Assembly (NCBI GenBank): GCA_032718475.1
Contig: JAUCBJ010000367.1
Location: 1 to 64,000, forward strand
Length of the DNA: 64,000 nt
Reading direction: 5' to 3'
Source of the DNA: Nemertoderma westbladi
Taxonomy: Eukaryota > Animalia > Xenacoelomorpha
A program made the translations under genes and the position numbers. How positions within the stretch are numbered: position 1 is the first letter of the stretch; each line of letters begins with the position of its first letter. This document shows positions 11,481 to 25,100 of the stretch, piece by piece. The notes beneath the pieces are model-generated. The model was not told where the DNA came from. It ran no database searches and saw nothing but the letters and a program-made list of their open reading frames with translations.

Positions 11481-12070
11481 AAATAAAAGATAGCAAACTC
11501 ATATTACTTTCTCTTAGTCATTCCTCAACGAAATTCTTAAATTCATACATATTGTGAACCCCGGCAACACTCACTACATTCACTCAAATCTGCTAATCAC
11601 CTAGCAAAAATGTTATCTCCTTTCAAAAAAATTTTCGTACTGTATTCTCATGTAGAAACATTCTCAAGTGTAATTTGTAGAAAAATTTGGGGGGTGTCGG
11701 CACTGAATTATAACACTACACTATATAAGACTAAGACACATTGTTTGAAATTCCAAAAGTTTGCCCCTCCCAAAGAAAAATCCTGGCTACGCCCCTGAAG
11801 AACCACATAAATCGGCGTGTATATTATGTACATTAAACATTAGGTCTACGCTATTTGGTCCTATACGCCTCTATAAGATTTAGTTATTTAGGGTAATACA
11901 GTTTTTCGTGGTCCAATTTTCCATCACAAACGGCGACGTAGCGAACGTAAAATGCATTCCTTCGAAAGTTCCACCTTCGCGTAGTAAATAATTCCACAGC
12001 CTTGAATTCACAACTCAGACTAAATTTTATGAAAATAGAATACTTCGATCGTGTAAATTATCATAAGTAA

Positions 12071-12249
12071 TTAGATGTCTAACATTCCAATTCCATAACA
12101 CAACTCCTCTTTTTGTTTCTCAACTTCAGATATTTTATATTTTAGTTCTCGAACTTTGTCATTCGATGCTGAAAGTTTGTTGGAGATAACTTCGAATCGA
12201 GTCTTTAAGGTTTCAGCTTCCATCACGCGATCCTGCATCAGACGAATTT
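12071..12249 (-). CDS. Probable coiled-coil coding exon of an unidentified gene
   Basis: Acceptor-like CTTTATTTTTGTATTATCTCAG precedes EIRLMQDRVMEAETLKTRFEVISNKLSASNDKVRELKYKISEVEKQKEEL, which is heptad-like and E/K-rich. Confidence 0.4.
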
Positions 12250-12902
12250 CTGAGATAATACAAAAATAAAGTTGCTTAATAATACATACAGTCTTCATTA
12301 TGAATTAATATACAATAAAATTATTAATACAGTGTAGTACTGTATAACATACAGTATAACACCGCGGCCAATCAATACCAATATCAATAATATACAGCGA
12401 ATAATATTTTCCGAATAATATTTTCGGAATCATTTTAATAATTATTATTATTACAACAAGATTGTAGTGTAATTGTCAAATAAAAAAAATTACCCAGTTA
12501 TGATTAACTAGACCTACACCAAAATTACATTGTTTAAACTGGGAACATTATCCCTAATCAACTATAGAAATAAAAGACAATACAATTTTCAACAGTAAAA
12601 TGTACCAAACGAGCAGCATCTTTATTATCAAGCGAGTTAATGTAATGGAACGATGCCTTTCGTGGCGTAAGCCTACTCAAATTACTAGAGACGGGCCTAG
12701 CGGCCCGTGAAGCAAGTCGTGGGAGACAGTACGAATCAAGTAAAAGCTTTTTGTTCTGTCTGATAATCAATTAGTGTGAGGGTAGTCCCGGTGGTGTACG
12801 AAAATTTTTCTAGACAACTTCAAACTATAATTATTATGTTGTAATCATCTAATAAATTATAAAAGCTGTTGTGATTATCGAAGATAGAGAGCAGTTAGCG
12901 AA

Positions 12903-13736
12903 GGATAGTTATAAAACCCGAAAAAAACGAAAACGACGAAATTATTAACGAAAATATCGAAATTATAAAACTATAGATAAAATCTCGCTTTCCAGTGAGA
13001 TAGGTATTATTAGAAGACACACTTTACATTTTTTAATTAATAAAATCCGATAATTTCGCCCCATTTTCGACCCTAAAAGTAATTTAATACCAAAATACTG
13101 GCTCTGTTGATTGGTTGTTAGGGGTGATCCAATGATTGCAAAACACCACAAGATGGCGCTCAAATTAGGACTGTAGTCAGAATGTGGGCCTACTGCAGTT
13201 ATTGCATTACGACTGCTGGACTGCAATTCTGTCATTACAGTACGTTCACATGTTCACATCCGCCGCACCACTTGCCTGGCAGTCACTGTACAGTGCACAC
13301 CAAGGCTAGGTAGCGTTAAGGTACCGTATGCCGTAATGCAAACATTTATATGGGAATTAACATTGTTGCAGTGTTGGGTTAGGGTACCGGACCACTTCTT
13401 TCAACTTTGCCGCTTCAGGCTGTACCGTACCATGCTTGTACAGTAACACACAAGTAGGCCCACTGTACTGATCTGCTGATGCTGAGTTGATTCATCCAAG
13501 CCGCCATTATTGGTCAACACCCAACAACCAACCAACAGACAGTATTTGGTATTAAATTACTTTTAAGGTCGAAAATGGGGCGAAATTATCGGATTTAATT
13601 AATTAAAAAATGTGAAGTGTGTCTTCTAATAATATCGATCTTATTAGAAAGCGAGGTTTTGTAGATTGTTTGATAATTTTGATATTTTCGCTGCTAAATT
13701 CGTCTTTTTCGTTATTTTCGGGTTTTATAACTATCC
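12903..13736. mobile_element. Mutator (MULE)-type MITE with ~230-bp TIRs and 9-bp TSD
   Basis: GGATAGTTATAAAACCCGAAAA and TTTTCGGGTTTTATAACTATCC termini; perfect direct repeat GTTAGCGAA at 12894-12902 and 13737-13745. Confidence 0.88.
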
Positions 13737-14776
13737 GTTAGCGAAATGATTATTTTATTCTATCGGATAGAGTAGTCTGAGTCTCAGAGAGGAGTCGAGG
13801 TGTCAATTGATTAATAATAATAACAGCAGTTGTCTTGAATTCAATACAATCGCGCACAAGAAGTGATAAGACAAATTCGTTCTTATTTTTGTAATAAATA
13901 AAACAAGTTGAGTTATATACTGTTAGTGTCAGATATAAAATATTTAAGAAAAAACGCCATAAATGAATATTGTCAAGTGGCGTTTTACATTGAGCTGAAC
14001 TCGGAAAGAGTAATTAGTTATCCGGTTTAAAGGAGTTATTCATAATAATATTGTTTATGAGGTACCGGTATGAAATACAAATTTATTGTCTTGTAAAGTT
14101 ACTATAATCTAGAGCTGTAAAGTTAATATTACATAATTCTATTCAATGTACAGCTTTATTTAATTACGAATATTATGTTCTAATGATCAGTATAACTGAT
14201 TTGTACTCGCTGTAAATACTACCGGCGTAAGTGTTCATCCGTTAAATATAATTGTTACCCCCCCCCCCCCCCCCCCCCCCCCAAATATTATTTTATTTAA
14301 CGATGTTGTAATCCGAAGCGAAGAAATTGTTAATTCGGAAAGATTTATGTATTTATTTTTCCAATAAATGTTGTAAGCAAACCTCCGTGAATAAAATATC
14401 TATTAAAAAATGACCTCAATTACCATCAATGATATTGCAACCAATAAATGATGGGAACACGCTTCCACGGAATTATATAATTATGCTATACGTCAAAATA
14501 CACGTCACTAAAATGGGTTAAACGCTACGCCGACAACGACAATATAAAACTGTAATGTCATGACTCTCCTTTATTGTTCCACAATATATTTCAATTGATA
14601 TTAAAATTAATTAATAATGGTTGTCGGCACAACACACCTAAAAAACATAACATAAGGATATTTTATTAATATGAAATATATTCCTTCGTATGAAATTATC
14701 ATTACAGACAGTCTTCAGTAAAATATCAAGCAAATATAAGTAGACGTTTAATTGAAAGAAGCTAATAAGTTGATGG

Positions 14777-15721
14777 TCAACCACGGTGGAATTTATGAAC
14801 GGGAGAAACAATGACAGTTGGGACAACTTGGTACTGAAAAGCGAAAGTCTTCAATCGATCGAGGACAATGTATACGATAGCAAACACAGATAGGTACTGA
14901 ACCCAGGCCCACTTGATGAGCTCCCAGAAGCCCGGCGCGTAGCTGAACACCTGATCCGGGTAGTAAACGCGAGCGGAGACGGTGAAACTCGACGAGGAAT
15001 CCTCCGAGCTCCACGAGGTTTCTCCCTCGAACTTCGTGGTATAATCCTGTTTGCGGTACTCGGAGGTCATCTCGAATGGATCGAAGTCGTTCAGGCTGGC
15101 GGAGGTGGGGGTCCAGCCGGCCGTCGTTGGCGAAGAGACCAGGCCCCGATGCGGGAGCGGCCGTCGTTGCACGAAGGCGAGATCTCCGGTGGCCGTCAAC
15201 TTGGAGCCCGGACGCCGGGCCGATCGCTCGATGTAGCACAGAGATTCCATGTCTAACTTGGCGAAGTTCTGCAACACGTATTGGAATTTCAACAACATTT
15301 GGGCGCCGTAAATCTTTATATTATTATTTATACTGAACGTTATTGTTAAATCAAGGAAATCAGGGAAACCATCGTTATTAGCATCTTCTTCGTAACTCTC
15401 TACGATTGGCAATTTTAAGGAAGTTTCTAAGAGCTTATTAAAGTTTCCGTTGGAACTCCAAACTATAGGATTATTGAATGTGGTTGAACCTGAAGTGGTG
15501 GTGGCATCCAACACCACAATAATCTCCCCCTGGAATGCCACTTTGGGTATCTCCCTGTAGATTTGTTCTTTTATCCAAAAGCCGTGGCTCCTGTAAGCGA
15601 CCAACAACGGAAGGACAAACAAGAGAATCGTGCAGAATAGTTGTAAAAACGTGGCGCCGGTCCAGATGCTCGTGCGATAACGTTGAAGAATAGGATGGGA
15701 ATACACTTCATACTGCCCCAT
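14777..15721 (-). CDS. TMEM231: Transmembrane protein 231 (ciliary transition-zone MKS/B9 module), single coding exon, 314 aa
   Basis: N-terminal YEVYSHP..RYR, PLLVAYRSHGFWIK..YRE.P.V.F, EED.N.DG..D.L, and C-terminal Y.PGFWELIKWAWVQYLS..F...V match TMEM231; full length; AATAAA at 14662-14667(-). Confidence 0.93.
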   Translation of the reverse strand: MGQYEVYSHPILQRYRTSIWTGATFLQLFCTILLFVLPLLVAYRSHGFWIKEQIYREIPKVAFQGEIIVVLDATTTSGSTTFNNPIVWSSNGNFNKLLETSLKLPIVESYEEDANNDGFPDFLDLTITFSINNNIKIYGAQMLLKFQYVLQNFAKLDMESLCYIERSARRPGSKLTATGDLAFVQRRPLPHRGLVSSPTTAGWTPTSASLNDFDPFEMTSEYRKQDYTTKFEGETSWSSEDSSSSFTVSARVYYPDQVFSYAPGFWELIKWAWVQYLSVFAIVYIVLDRLKTFAFQYQVVPTVIVSPVHKFHRG

Positions 15722-15979
15722 TTTTACTATTAGATTACAAGGTACAAAACTATAGGCCTATATTAGTGTAGAGTGTACCGGTAAAAACGTTACGGTACCT
15801 CTTGCTACACCTCTGTCACTTAACTTTATGTATTTAATATGACGCAATGCCGTACGTAGTAAATATTATTTTTTTAGTAGTATTCTGTTTTTTAGGTCTT
15901 CTTGTTCAATATTGCAATAAGACGCAATTGTACCGGTAGGTACAGTACAGACAGTATGTGTTTATAATCTCCCTCTAAC

Positions 15980-15992
15980 GTATCCTAGCAAC
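15980..15992 (-). promoter_or_regulatory. RFX X-box upstream of TMEM231
   Basis: GTTGCTAGGATAC (minus strand) fits GTNRCC-N0-3-RGYAAC, ~260 bp upstream of the ATG; CCAAT box (AGCCAATC, minus) at 16021-16028. Confidence 0.7.
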
Positions 15993-16120
15993 ACATAATT
16001 GTTCACTAGCTTTCAATAGTGATTGGCTCACATTTTTAAAAGAGGGACATTCAAATAGGTGATTGTTATTACCAACTAGTCAGTGTATTGATTGATGTAG
16101 TATTAATCTCATAATTTGTG

Positions 16121-19100
16121 ATTTAACTAGAGATACACTCGGGAATCGGGAGATGGGAGGTAGATATTCAACTAGAGATACACTCGGGAGACGGGAGATG
16201 GGAGGTAGATATTCAACTAGAGATACACTCGGGACACGGGAGGTAGATATTCAACTAGAGATACACTCGGGAATCGGGAGATGGGAGGTAGATATTCAAC
16301 TAGAGATACACTCGGGAATCGGGAGATGGGAGATAGATATTCAACTAGAGATACACTCGGGAATCGGGAGATGGGAGGTTGATATTCAACTAGAGATACA
16401 CTCGGGAGACGGGAGGTAGATATTCAACTAGAGATACACTCGGGAATCGGGAGATGGGAGGTAGATATTCAACTAGAGATACACACGGGAATCGGGAGAT
16501 GGGAGGTTGATATTCAACTAGAGATACACTCGGGAGACGGGAGGTAGATATTCAACTAGAGATACACTCGGGAATCGGGAGATAGGAGGTAGATATTCAA
16601 CTAGAGATACACTCGGGAGATGGGAGGTAGATATTCAACTAGAGATACACTCGGGAGATGGGAGGTAGATATTCAACTCGAGATACACTCGGGAGACGGG
16701 AGGTAGATATTCAAGTAGAGATACACTCGGGAATCGGGAGATGGGAGGTAGATATTCAACTAGAAATACACTCGGGAATCAGGAGACGGGAGGTAGATAT
16801 TCAACTAGAGATACACTTGGGAATCGGGAGACGGGAGGTAGATATTCAACTAGAGATACTCTCGGGAATCAGGAGACGGGAGGTAGATATTCAACTAGAG
16901 ATACACTTGGGAATCGGGAGATGGGAGGTAGATATTCAACTAGAGATACACTCGGGAGACGGGAGGTAGATATTCAACTAGAGATACACTCGGGAATCGG
17001 GAGACGGGAGGTAGATATTCAACTAGAGATACACTCGGGAATCAGGAGACGGGAGGTAGATATTCAACTAGAGATACACTTGGGAATCGGGAGATGGGAG
17101 GTAGATATTCAACTAGAGATGCACTCGGGAGATGGGAGGTAGATATTCAACTAGAGATACACTCGGGAGACGGGAGATGGGAGGTAGATATTCAACTAGA
17201 GATACACTCGGGAGACGGGAGATACACTCGGGAATCGGGAGATGGAAGGTAGATATTCAACTAGAGATGCACTCAGGAATCGGGAGGTAGATATTCAACT
17301 AGAGATACACTCGGGAGACGGGAGATGGGAGGTAGATATTCAACTAGAGATACACTCGGGAATCGGGAGATGGGGGGTAGATATTCAACTAGAGATACAC
17401 TCGGGAATCGGGAGATGGGAGGTAGATATTCAACTAGAGATACACTCGGGAATCAGGAGACGGGAGGTAGATATTCAACTAGAGATACACTCAGGAATCG
17501 GGAGATGGGAGGTAGATATTCAACTAGACTCGGGATACACTCGGGAGACGGGAGGTAGATATTCAACTAGAGATACACTCGGGAATCGGGAGACGGGAGG
17601 TAGATATTCAACTAGAGATACACTCGGGAGATGGGAGGTAGATATTCAACTAGAGATACACTCGGGAATCGGAAGACGGGAGGTAGATATTCAACTAGAG
17701 ATACACTCGGGAGACGGGAGATGGGAGGTAGATATTCAACTAGAGATACACTCGGAATCAGGAGACGGGAGGTAGATATTCAACTAGAGATACAGTCGGG
17801 AATCGGGAGGTAGATATTCAACTAGAGATACACTCGGGAGACGGGAGATGGGAGGTAGATATTCAACTAGAGATACACTCGGGAATCGGGACACGGGAGG
17901 TAGATATTTAAACTAAAGATACACTCGGGAGACGGGAGGTAGATATTCAACTAGAGATACACTCGGGAATCGGGAGATGGGAGGTAGATATTCAACTAGA
18001 GATGCACTCGGGATACGGGAGGTAGATATTCAACTAGAGATACACTCGGGAGACGGGAGGTAGATATTCAACTAGAGGTACACTCGGGAGACGGGAGGTA
18101 GATATTCAACTAGAGATACACTCGGGAATCGGGAGACGGGAGGTAGATATTCAACTAGAGATACAGTCGGGAATCGGGAGGTAGATATTCAACTAGAGAT
18201 ACACTCGGGAATCGGGAGATGGGAGGTAGATATTCAACTAGAGATACACTCGGGAGACGGGAGATGGGAGGTAGATATTCAACTAGAGATACACTCGGGA
18301 GACGGGAGATGGGAGGTAGATATTCAACTAGAGATACACTCGGGAATCGGGAGATGGGAGGTAGATATTCAACTAGAGATACAGTCGGGAATCGGGAGGT
18401 AGATATTCAACTAGAGATACACTCGGGACACGGGAGGTAGATATTCAACTAGAGATACACTCGGGAATCGGGAGATGGGAGGTAGATATTCAACTAGAGA
18501 TACACTCGGGAATCGGGAGATGGGAGGTAGATATTCAACTAGAGATACAGTCGGGAGACGGGAGGTAGATATTCAACTAGAGATACACTCGGGAGATGGG
18601 AGGTAGATATTCAACTAGAGATACACTCGGGAATCGGGAGATGGGAGGTAGATATTCAACTAGAGATACACTCGGGAATCGGGAGATGGGAGGTAGATAT
18701 TCAACTAGAGATACACTCGGGAATCCGGAGCTGGGAGGTAGATATTCAACTAGAGATACACTCGGGAATCGGGAGATGGGAGGTAGATATTCAACTAGAG
18801 ATACACTCGGGAGACGGGAGGTAGATATTCAACTAGAGATACACTCGGGAATCGGGAGACGGGAGGTAGATATTCAACTAGAGATACACTCGGGAGACGG
18901 GAGGTAGATATTCAACTAGAGATACACTCGGGAATCGGGAGACGGGAGGTAGATATTCAACTAGAGATACACTCGGGAATCGGGAGATGGGAGGTAGATA
19001 TTCAACTAGAGATACACTCGGGAATCGGGAGATGGGAGGTAGATATTCAACTAGAGATACAGTCCGGAATCGGGAGGTAGATATTCAACTAGAGATACAG

Positions 19101-22100
19101 TCGGGAATCGGGAGGTATATATTCAACTAGAAATACACTCGGGAGATGGGAGGTATATATTCAACTAGAGATACACTCGGGAATCAGAAGACGGGGGGTA
19201 GATATTCAACTAGAGATACACTCGGGAATCGGGAGACGGGAGGTAGATATTCCACTAGAGATACACTCGGGAGATGGGAGGTATATATTCAACTAGAGAT
19301 ACACTCGGGAATCGGGAGATGGGAGGTATATATTCAACTAGAGATACACTCGGGAATCGGGACACGGGAGGTAGATATTCAACTAGAGATACACTCGGGA
19401 ATCGGGAGATGGGAGGTAGATATTCAACTAGAGATACACTCGGGAATCGGGAGATGGGAAGTAGATATTCAACAGAGATACACTCGGGAGATGGGAGGTA
19501 GATATTCAACTAGAGATACACTCGGGAATCGGGAGATGGGAGGTATATATTCAACTAGAGATACACTCGGGAATCAGAAGACGGGGTGTAGATATTCAAC
19601 TAGAGATACACTCGGGAATCGGGAGACGGGAGGTAGATATTCCACTAGAGATACACTCGGGAGATGGGAGGTATATATTCAACTAGAGATACACTCGGGA
19701 ATCGGGAGATGGGAGGTATATATTCAACTAGAGATACACTCGGGAATCGGGACACGGGAGGTAGATATTCAACTAGAGATACACTCGGGAATCGGGAGAT
19801 GGGAGGTAGATATTCAACTAGAGATACAGTCCGGAATCGGGAGGTAGATATTCAACTAGAGATACAGTCGGGAATCGGGAGGTAGATATTCAACTAGAGA
19901 TACACTCGGGAATCGGGAGGTAGATATTCAACTAGAGATACACTCCGGAATCGGGAGATGGGAGGTAGATATTCAACTAGAGATACACTCGGGAATCGTG
20001 AGATGGGAGGTAGATATTCAACTAGAGATACACTCGGGAGATGGGAGGTAGATATTCAACTAGAGATACACTCGGGAATCGGGAGATGGGAGGTATATAT
20101 TCAACTAGAGATACACTCGGGAGATGGGAGGTAGATATTCAACTAGAGATACAGTCCGGAATCGGGAGGTAGATATTCAACTAGAGATACAGTCGGGAAT
20201 CGGGAGGTAGATATTCAACTAGAGATACACTCGGGAATCGGGAGGTAGATATTCAACTAGAGATACACTCGGGAGACGGGAGGTAGATATTCAACTAGAG
20301 ATACACTCGGGAATCGGGAGATGGGAGGTAGATATTCAACTAGAGATACACTCGGGAGACGGGAGACGGGTGGTAGATATTCAACTAGAGATACACTCGG
20401 GAATCGGGAGATGGGAGGTAGATATTCAACTAGAGATACACTCGGGAGATGGGAGACGGGAGGTAGATACTCAACTAGAGATACACTCGGGAATCGGGAG
20501 ACGGGAGGTAGATATTCAACTAGAGATACACTCGGGAGATGGGAGGTGGGAGGTAGATATTCAACTAGAGATATACTCGGGAATCAGAAGACGGGAGGTA
20601 GATATTCAACTAGAGATACACTCGGGAATCGGGAGATGGGAGGTAGATATTCAACTAGAGATACACTCGGGAATCGGGAGGTAGATATTCAACTAGAGAT
20701 ACACTCGGGAATCAGAAGACGGGAGGTAGATATTCAACTAGAGATACACTCGGGAATCAGGAGACGGGAGGTAGATATTCAACTAGAGATACACTCGGGA
20801 ATCGGGAGGTAGATATTCAACTAGAGATACACTCGGGAATCAGAAGATGGGATGTGGGGCGAGCCACGAAGTTGGCGGAGCCTTAGCGAATTGACACTGT
20901 TAGGGGGTGGGTCAATTTATGCAAATAGTTGTCGTCGTCGTCGTCGTTGTCGTCGTCGTCGTTGTCGTCGTCGTTACGATTTTGACATGCTAATAACTTT
21001 GTCGGATTTAAAGCTGCCAAGTTGAAAATTTGTAGGTATCAATATGAGCAAAAGTTGAGATTTTTGAGAGACTTTCAGACACCATCAGTGCAATGGTCTC
21101 CCGCTAGAGGGCCACATGTCTAAACATTAAATGCCCTCCCATTTCTTTGCTTTTAATCCGTTTAAGCTGAAACTTGGCAGATATGTATTAGACCATTAGC
21201 TGTGACTTTCAAGGGAGGCGAATCCATCTGCAGTTCTCCAGTCTGCCGCTAGAGGGCCAACGTGACTATTTGCATAAATTGACCTACCCCCTAACAGTGT
21301 CAATTCGCTAAGGCTCTGCCAACTTCGTGCTGCGCGAAGTCCCCACTTCGTGTAGATATTCAACTAGAGATACACTCGGGAATCGGGAGACGGGAGGTAG
21401 ATATTCAACTAGAGATACACTCGGGAATCGGGAGATGGGAGGTAGATATTCAACTAGAGATACACTCGGGAATCGGGAGACGGGAGGTAGATATTCAACT
21501 AGAGATACACTCGGGAATCGGGAGGTAGATATTCAACTAGAGATACACTCGGGAATCAGAAGACGGGAGGTAGATATTCAACTAGAGATACACTCGGGAA
21601 TCGGGAGACGGGAGGTAGATATTCAACTAGAGATACACTCGGGAATCAGAAGACGGGAGGTAGATATTCAACTAGCGATACACTCGGGAGACGGGAGGTA
21701 GATATTCAACTAGAGATACACTCGGGAATCGGGAGGTAGATATTCAACTAGAGATACACTCGGGAGACGGGAGATACACTCGGGAATCGGGAGATGGGAG
21801 GTAGATATTCAACTAGAGATGCACTCGGGAATCGGGAGGTAGATATTCAACTAGAGATACACTCGGGAGACGGGAGATGGGAGGTAGATATTCAACTAGA
21901 GATACACTCGGGAATCGGGAGATGGGGGGTAGATATTCAACTAGAGATACACTCGGGAATCGGGAGATGGGAGGTAGATATTCAACTAGAGATACACTCG
22001 GGAATCAGGAGACGGGAGGTAGATATTCAACTAGAGATACACTCAGGAATCGGGAGATGGGAGGTAGATATTCAACTAGACTCGGGATACACTCGGGAGA

Positions 22101-25100
22101 CGGGAGGTAGATATTCAACTAGAGATACACTCGGGAATCGGGAGAAGGGAGGTAGATATTCAACTAGAGATACACTCGGGAGATGGGAGGTAGATATTCA
22201 ACTAGAGATACACTCGGGAATCGGGACACGGGAGGTAGATATTCAACTAGAGATACACTCGGGAGACGGGAGATGGGAGGTAGATATTCAACTAGAGATA
22301 CACTCGGAATCAGGAGACGGGAGGTAGATATTCAACTAGAGATACAGTCGGGAATCGGGAGGTAGATATTCAACTAGAGATACACTCGGGAGACGGGAGA
22401 TGGGAGGTAGATATTCAACTAGAGATACACTCGGGAATCGGGACACGGGAGGTAGATATTCAACTAAAGATACACTCGGGAGACGGGAGGTAGATATTCA
22501 ACTAGAGATACACTCGGGAATCGGGAGATGGGAGGTAGATATTCAACTAGAGATGCACTCGGGATACGGGAGGTAGATATTCAACTAGAGATACACTCGG
22601 GAGACGGGAGGTAGATATTCAACTAGAGGTACACTCGGGAGACGGGAGGTAGATATTCAACTAGAGATACACTCGGGAATCGGGAGACGGGAGGTAGATA
22701 TTCAACTAGAGATACAGTCGGGAATCGGGAGGTAGATATTCAACTAGAGATACACTCGGGAATCGGGAGATGGGAGGTAGATATTCAACTAGAGATACAC
22801 TCGGGAGACGGGAGATGGGAGGTAGATATTCAACTAGAGATACACTCGGGAGACGGGAGATGGGAGGTAGATATTCAACTAGAGATACACTCGGGACACG
22901 GGAGGTAGATATTCAACTAGAGATACACTCGGGAATCGGGAGATGGGAGGTAGATATTCAACTAGAGATACACTCGGGAGATGGGAGGTAGATATTCAAC
23001 TAGAGATACAGTCGGGAGACGGGAGGTAGATATTCAACTAGAGATACACTCGGGAGATGGGAGGTAGATATTCAACTAGAGATACACTCGGGAATCGGGA
23101 GATGGGAGGTAGATATTCAACTAGAGATACACTCGGGAATCGGGAGATGGGAGGTAGATATTCAACTAGAGATACACTCGGGAGACGGGAGGTAGATATT
23201 CAACTAGAGATACACTCGGGAGACGGGAGGTAGATATTCAACTAGAGATACACTCGGGAGACGGGAGGTAGATATTCAACTAGAGATACACTCGGGAATC
23301 GGGAGACGGGAGGTAGATATTCAACTAGAGATACACTCGGGAATCGGGAGATTGGAGGTAGATATTCAACTAGAGATACACTCGGGAATCGGGAGATGGG
23401 AGGTAGATATTCAACTAGAGATACAGTCCGGAATCGGGAGGTAGATATTCAACTAGAGATACAGTCGGGAATCGGGAGGTATATATTCAACTAGAGATAC
23501 ACTCGGGAGATGGGAGGTATATATTCAACTAGAGATACACTCGGGAATCAGAAGACGGGGGGTAGATATTCAACTAGAGATACACTCGGGAATCGGGAGA
23601 TGGGAGGTATATATTCAACTAGAGATACACTCGGGAGATGGGAGGTATATATTCAACTAGAGATACACTCGGGAATCAGAAGACGGGGGGTAGATATTCA
23701 ACTAGAGATACACTCGGGAATCGGGAGACGGGAGGTAGATATTCCACTAGAGATACACTCGGGAGATGGGAGGTATATATTCAACTAGAGATACACTCGG
23801 GAATCGGGAGATGGGAGGTATATATTCAACTAGAGATACACTCGGGAATCGGGACACGGGAGGTAGATAATCAACTAGAGATACACTCGGGAATCGGGAG
23901 ATGGGAGGTAGATATTCAACTAGAGATACACTCGGGAATCGGGAGATGGGAGGTAGATATTCAACTAGAGATACACTCGGGAGATGGGAGGTAGATATTC
24001 AACTAGAGATACAGTCCGGAATCGGGAGGTAGATATTCAACTAGAGATACAGTCGGGAATCGGGAGGTAGATATTCAACTAGAGATACACTCGGGAATCG
24101 GGAGGTAGATATTCAACTAGAGATACACTCGGGAATCGGGAGATGGGAGGTAGATATTCAACTAGAGATACACTCGGGAATCGTGAGATGGGAGGTAGAT
24201 ATTCAACTAGAGATACACTCGGGAGACGGGAGGTCGATATTCAACTAGAGATACAGTCCGGAATCGGGAGGTAGATATTCAACTAGAGATACACTCGGGA
24301 GATGGGAGGTCGATATTCAACTAGAGATACAGTCCGGAATCGGGAGGTAGATATTCAACTAGAGATACACTCGGGAGATGGGAGGTCGATATTCAACTAG
24401 AGATACAGTCCGGAATCGGGAGGTAGATATTCAACTAGAGATACAGTCGGGAATCGGGAGGTAGATATTCAACTAGAGATACACTCGGGAATCGGGAGGT
24501 AGATATTCAACTAGAGATACACTCGGGAATCGGGAGACGGGAGGTAGATATTCAACTAGAGATACACTCGGGAATCGGGAGATGGGAGGTAGATATTCAA
24601 CTAGAGATACACTCGGGAGACGGGAGACTGGTGGTATATATTCAACTAGAGATACACTCGGGAATCGGGAGATGGGAGGTAGATATTCAACTAGAGATAC
24701 ACTCGGGAGATGGGAGACGGGAGGTAGATATTCAACTAGAGATACACTCGGGAATCGGGAGACGGGAGGTAGATATTCAACTAGAGATACACTCGGGAGA
24801 TGGGAGGTGGGAGGTAGATATTCAACTAGAGATACACTCGGGAATCAGAAGACGGGAGGTAGATATTCAACTAGAGATACACTCGGGAATCGGGAGATGG
24901 GAGGTAGATATTCAACTAGAGATACACTCGGGAATCGGGAGGTAGATATTCAACTAGAGATACACTCGGGAATCAGAAGACGGGAGGTAGATATTCAACT
25001 AGAGATACACTCGGGAATCAGGAGACGGGAGGTAGATATTCAACTAGAGATACACTCGGGAATCGGGAGGTAGATATTCAACTAGAGATACACTCGGGAA

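Noticed and set aside
14793-15336. Alternative-frame and antisense ORFs overlapping TMEM231
   Set aside because: By-product of the locally high GC content.
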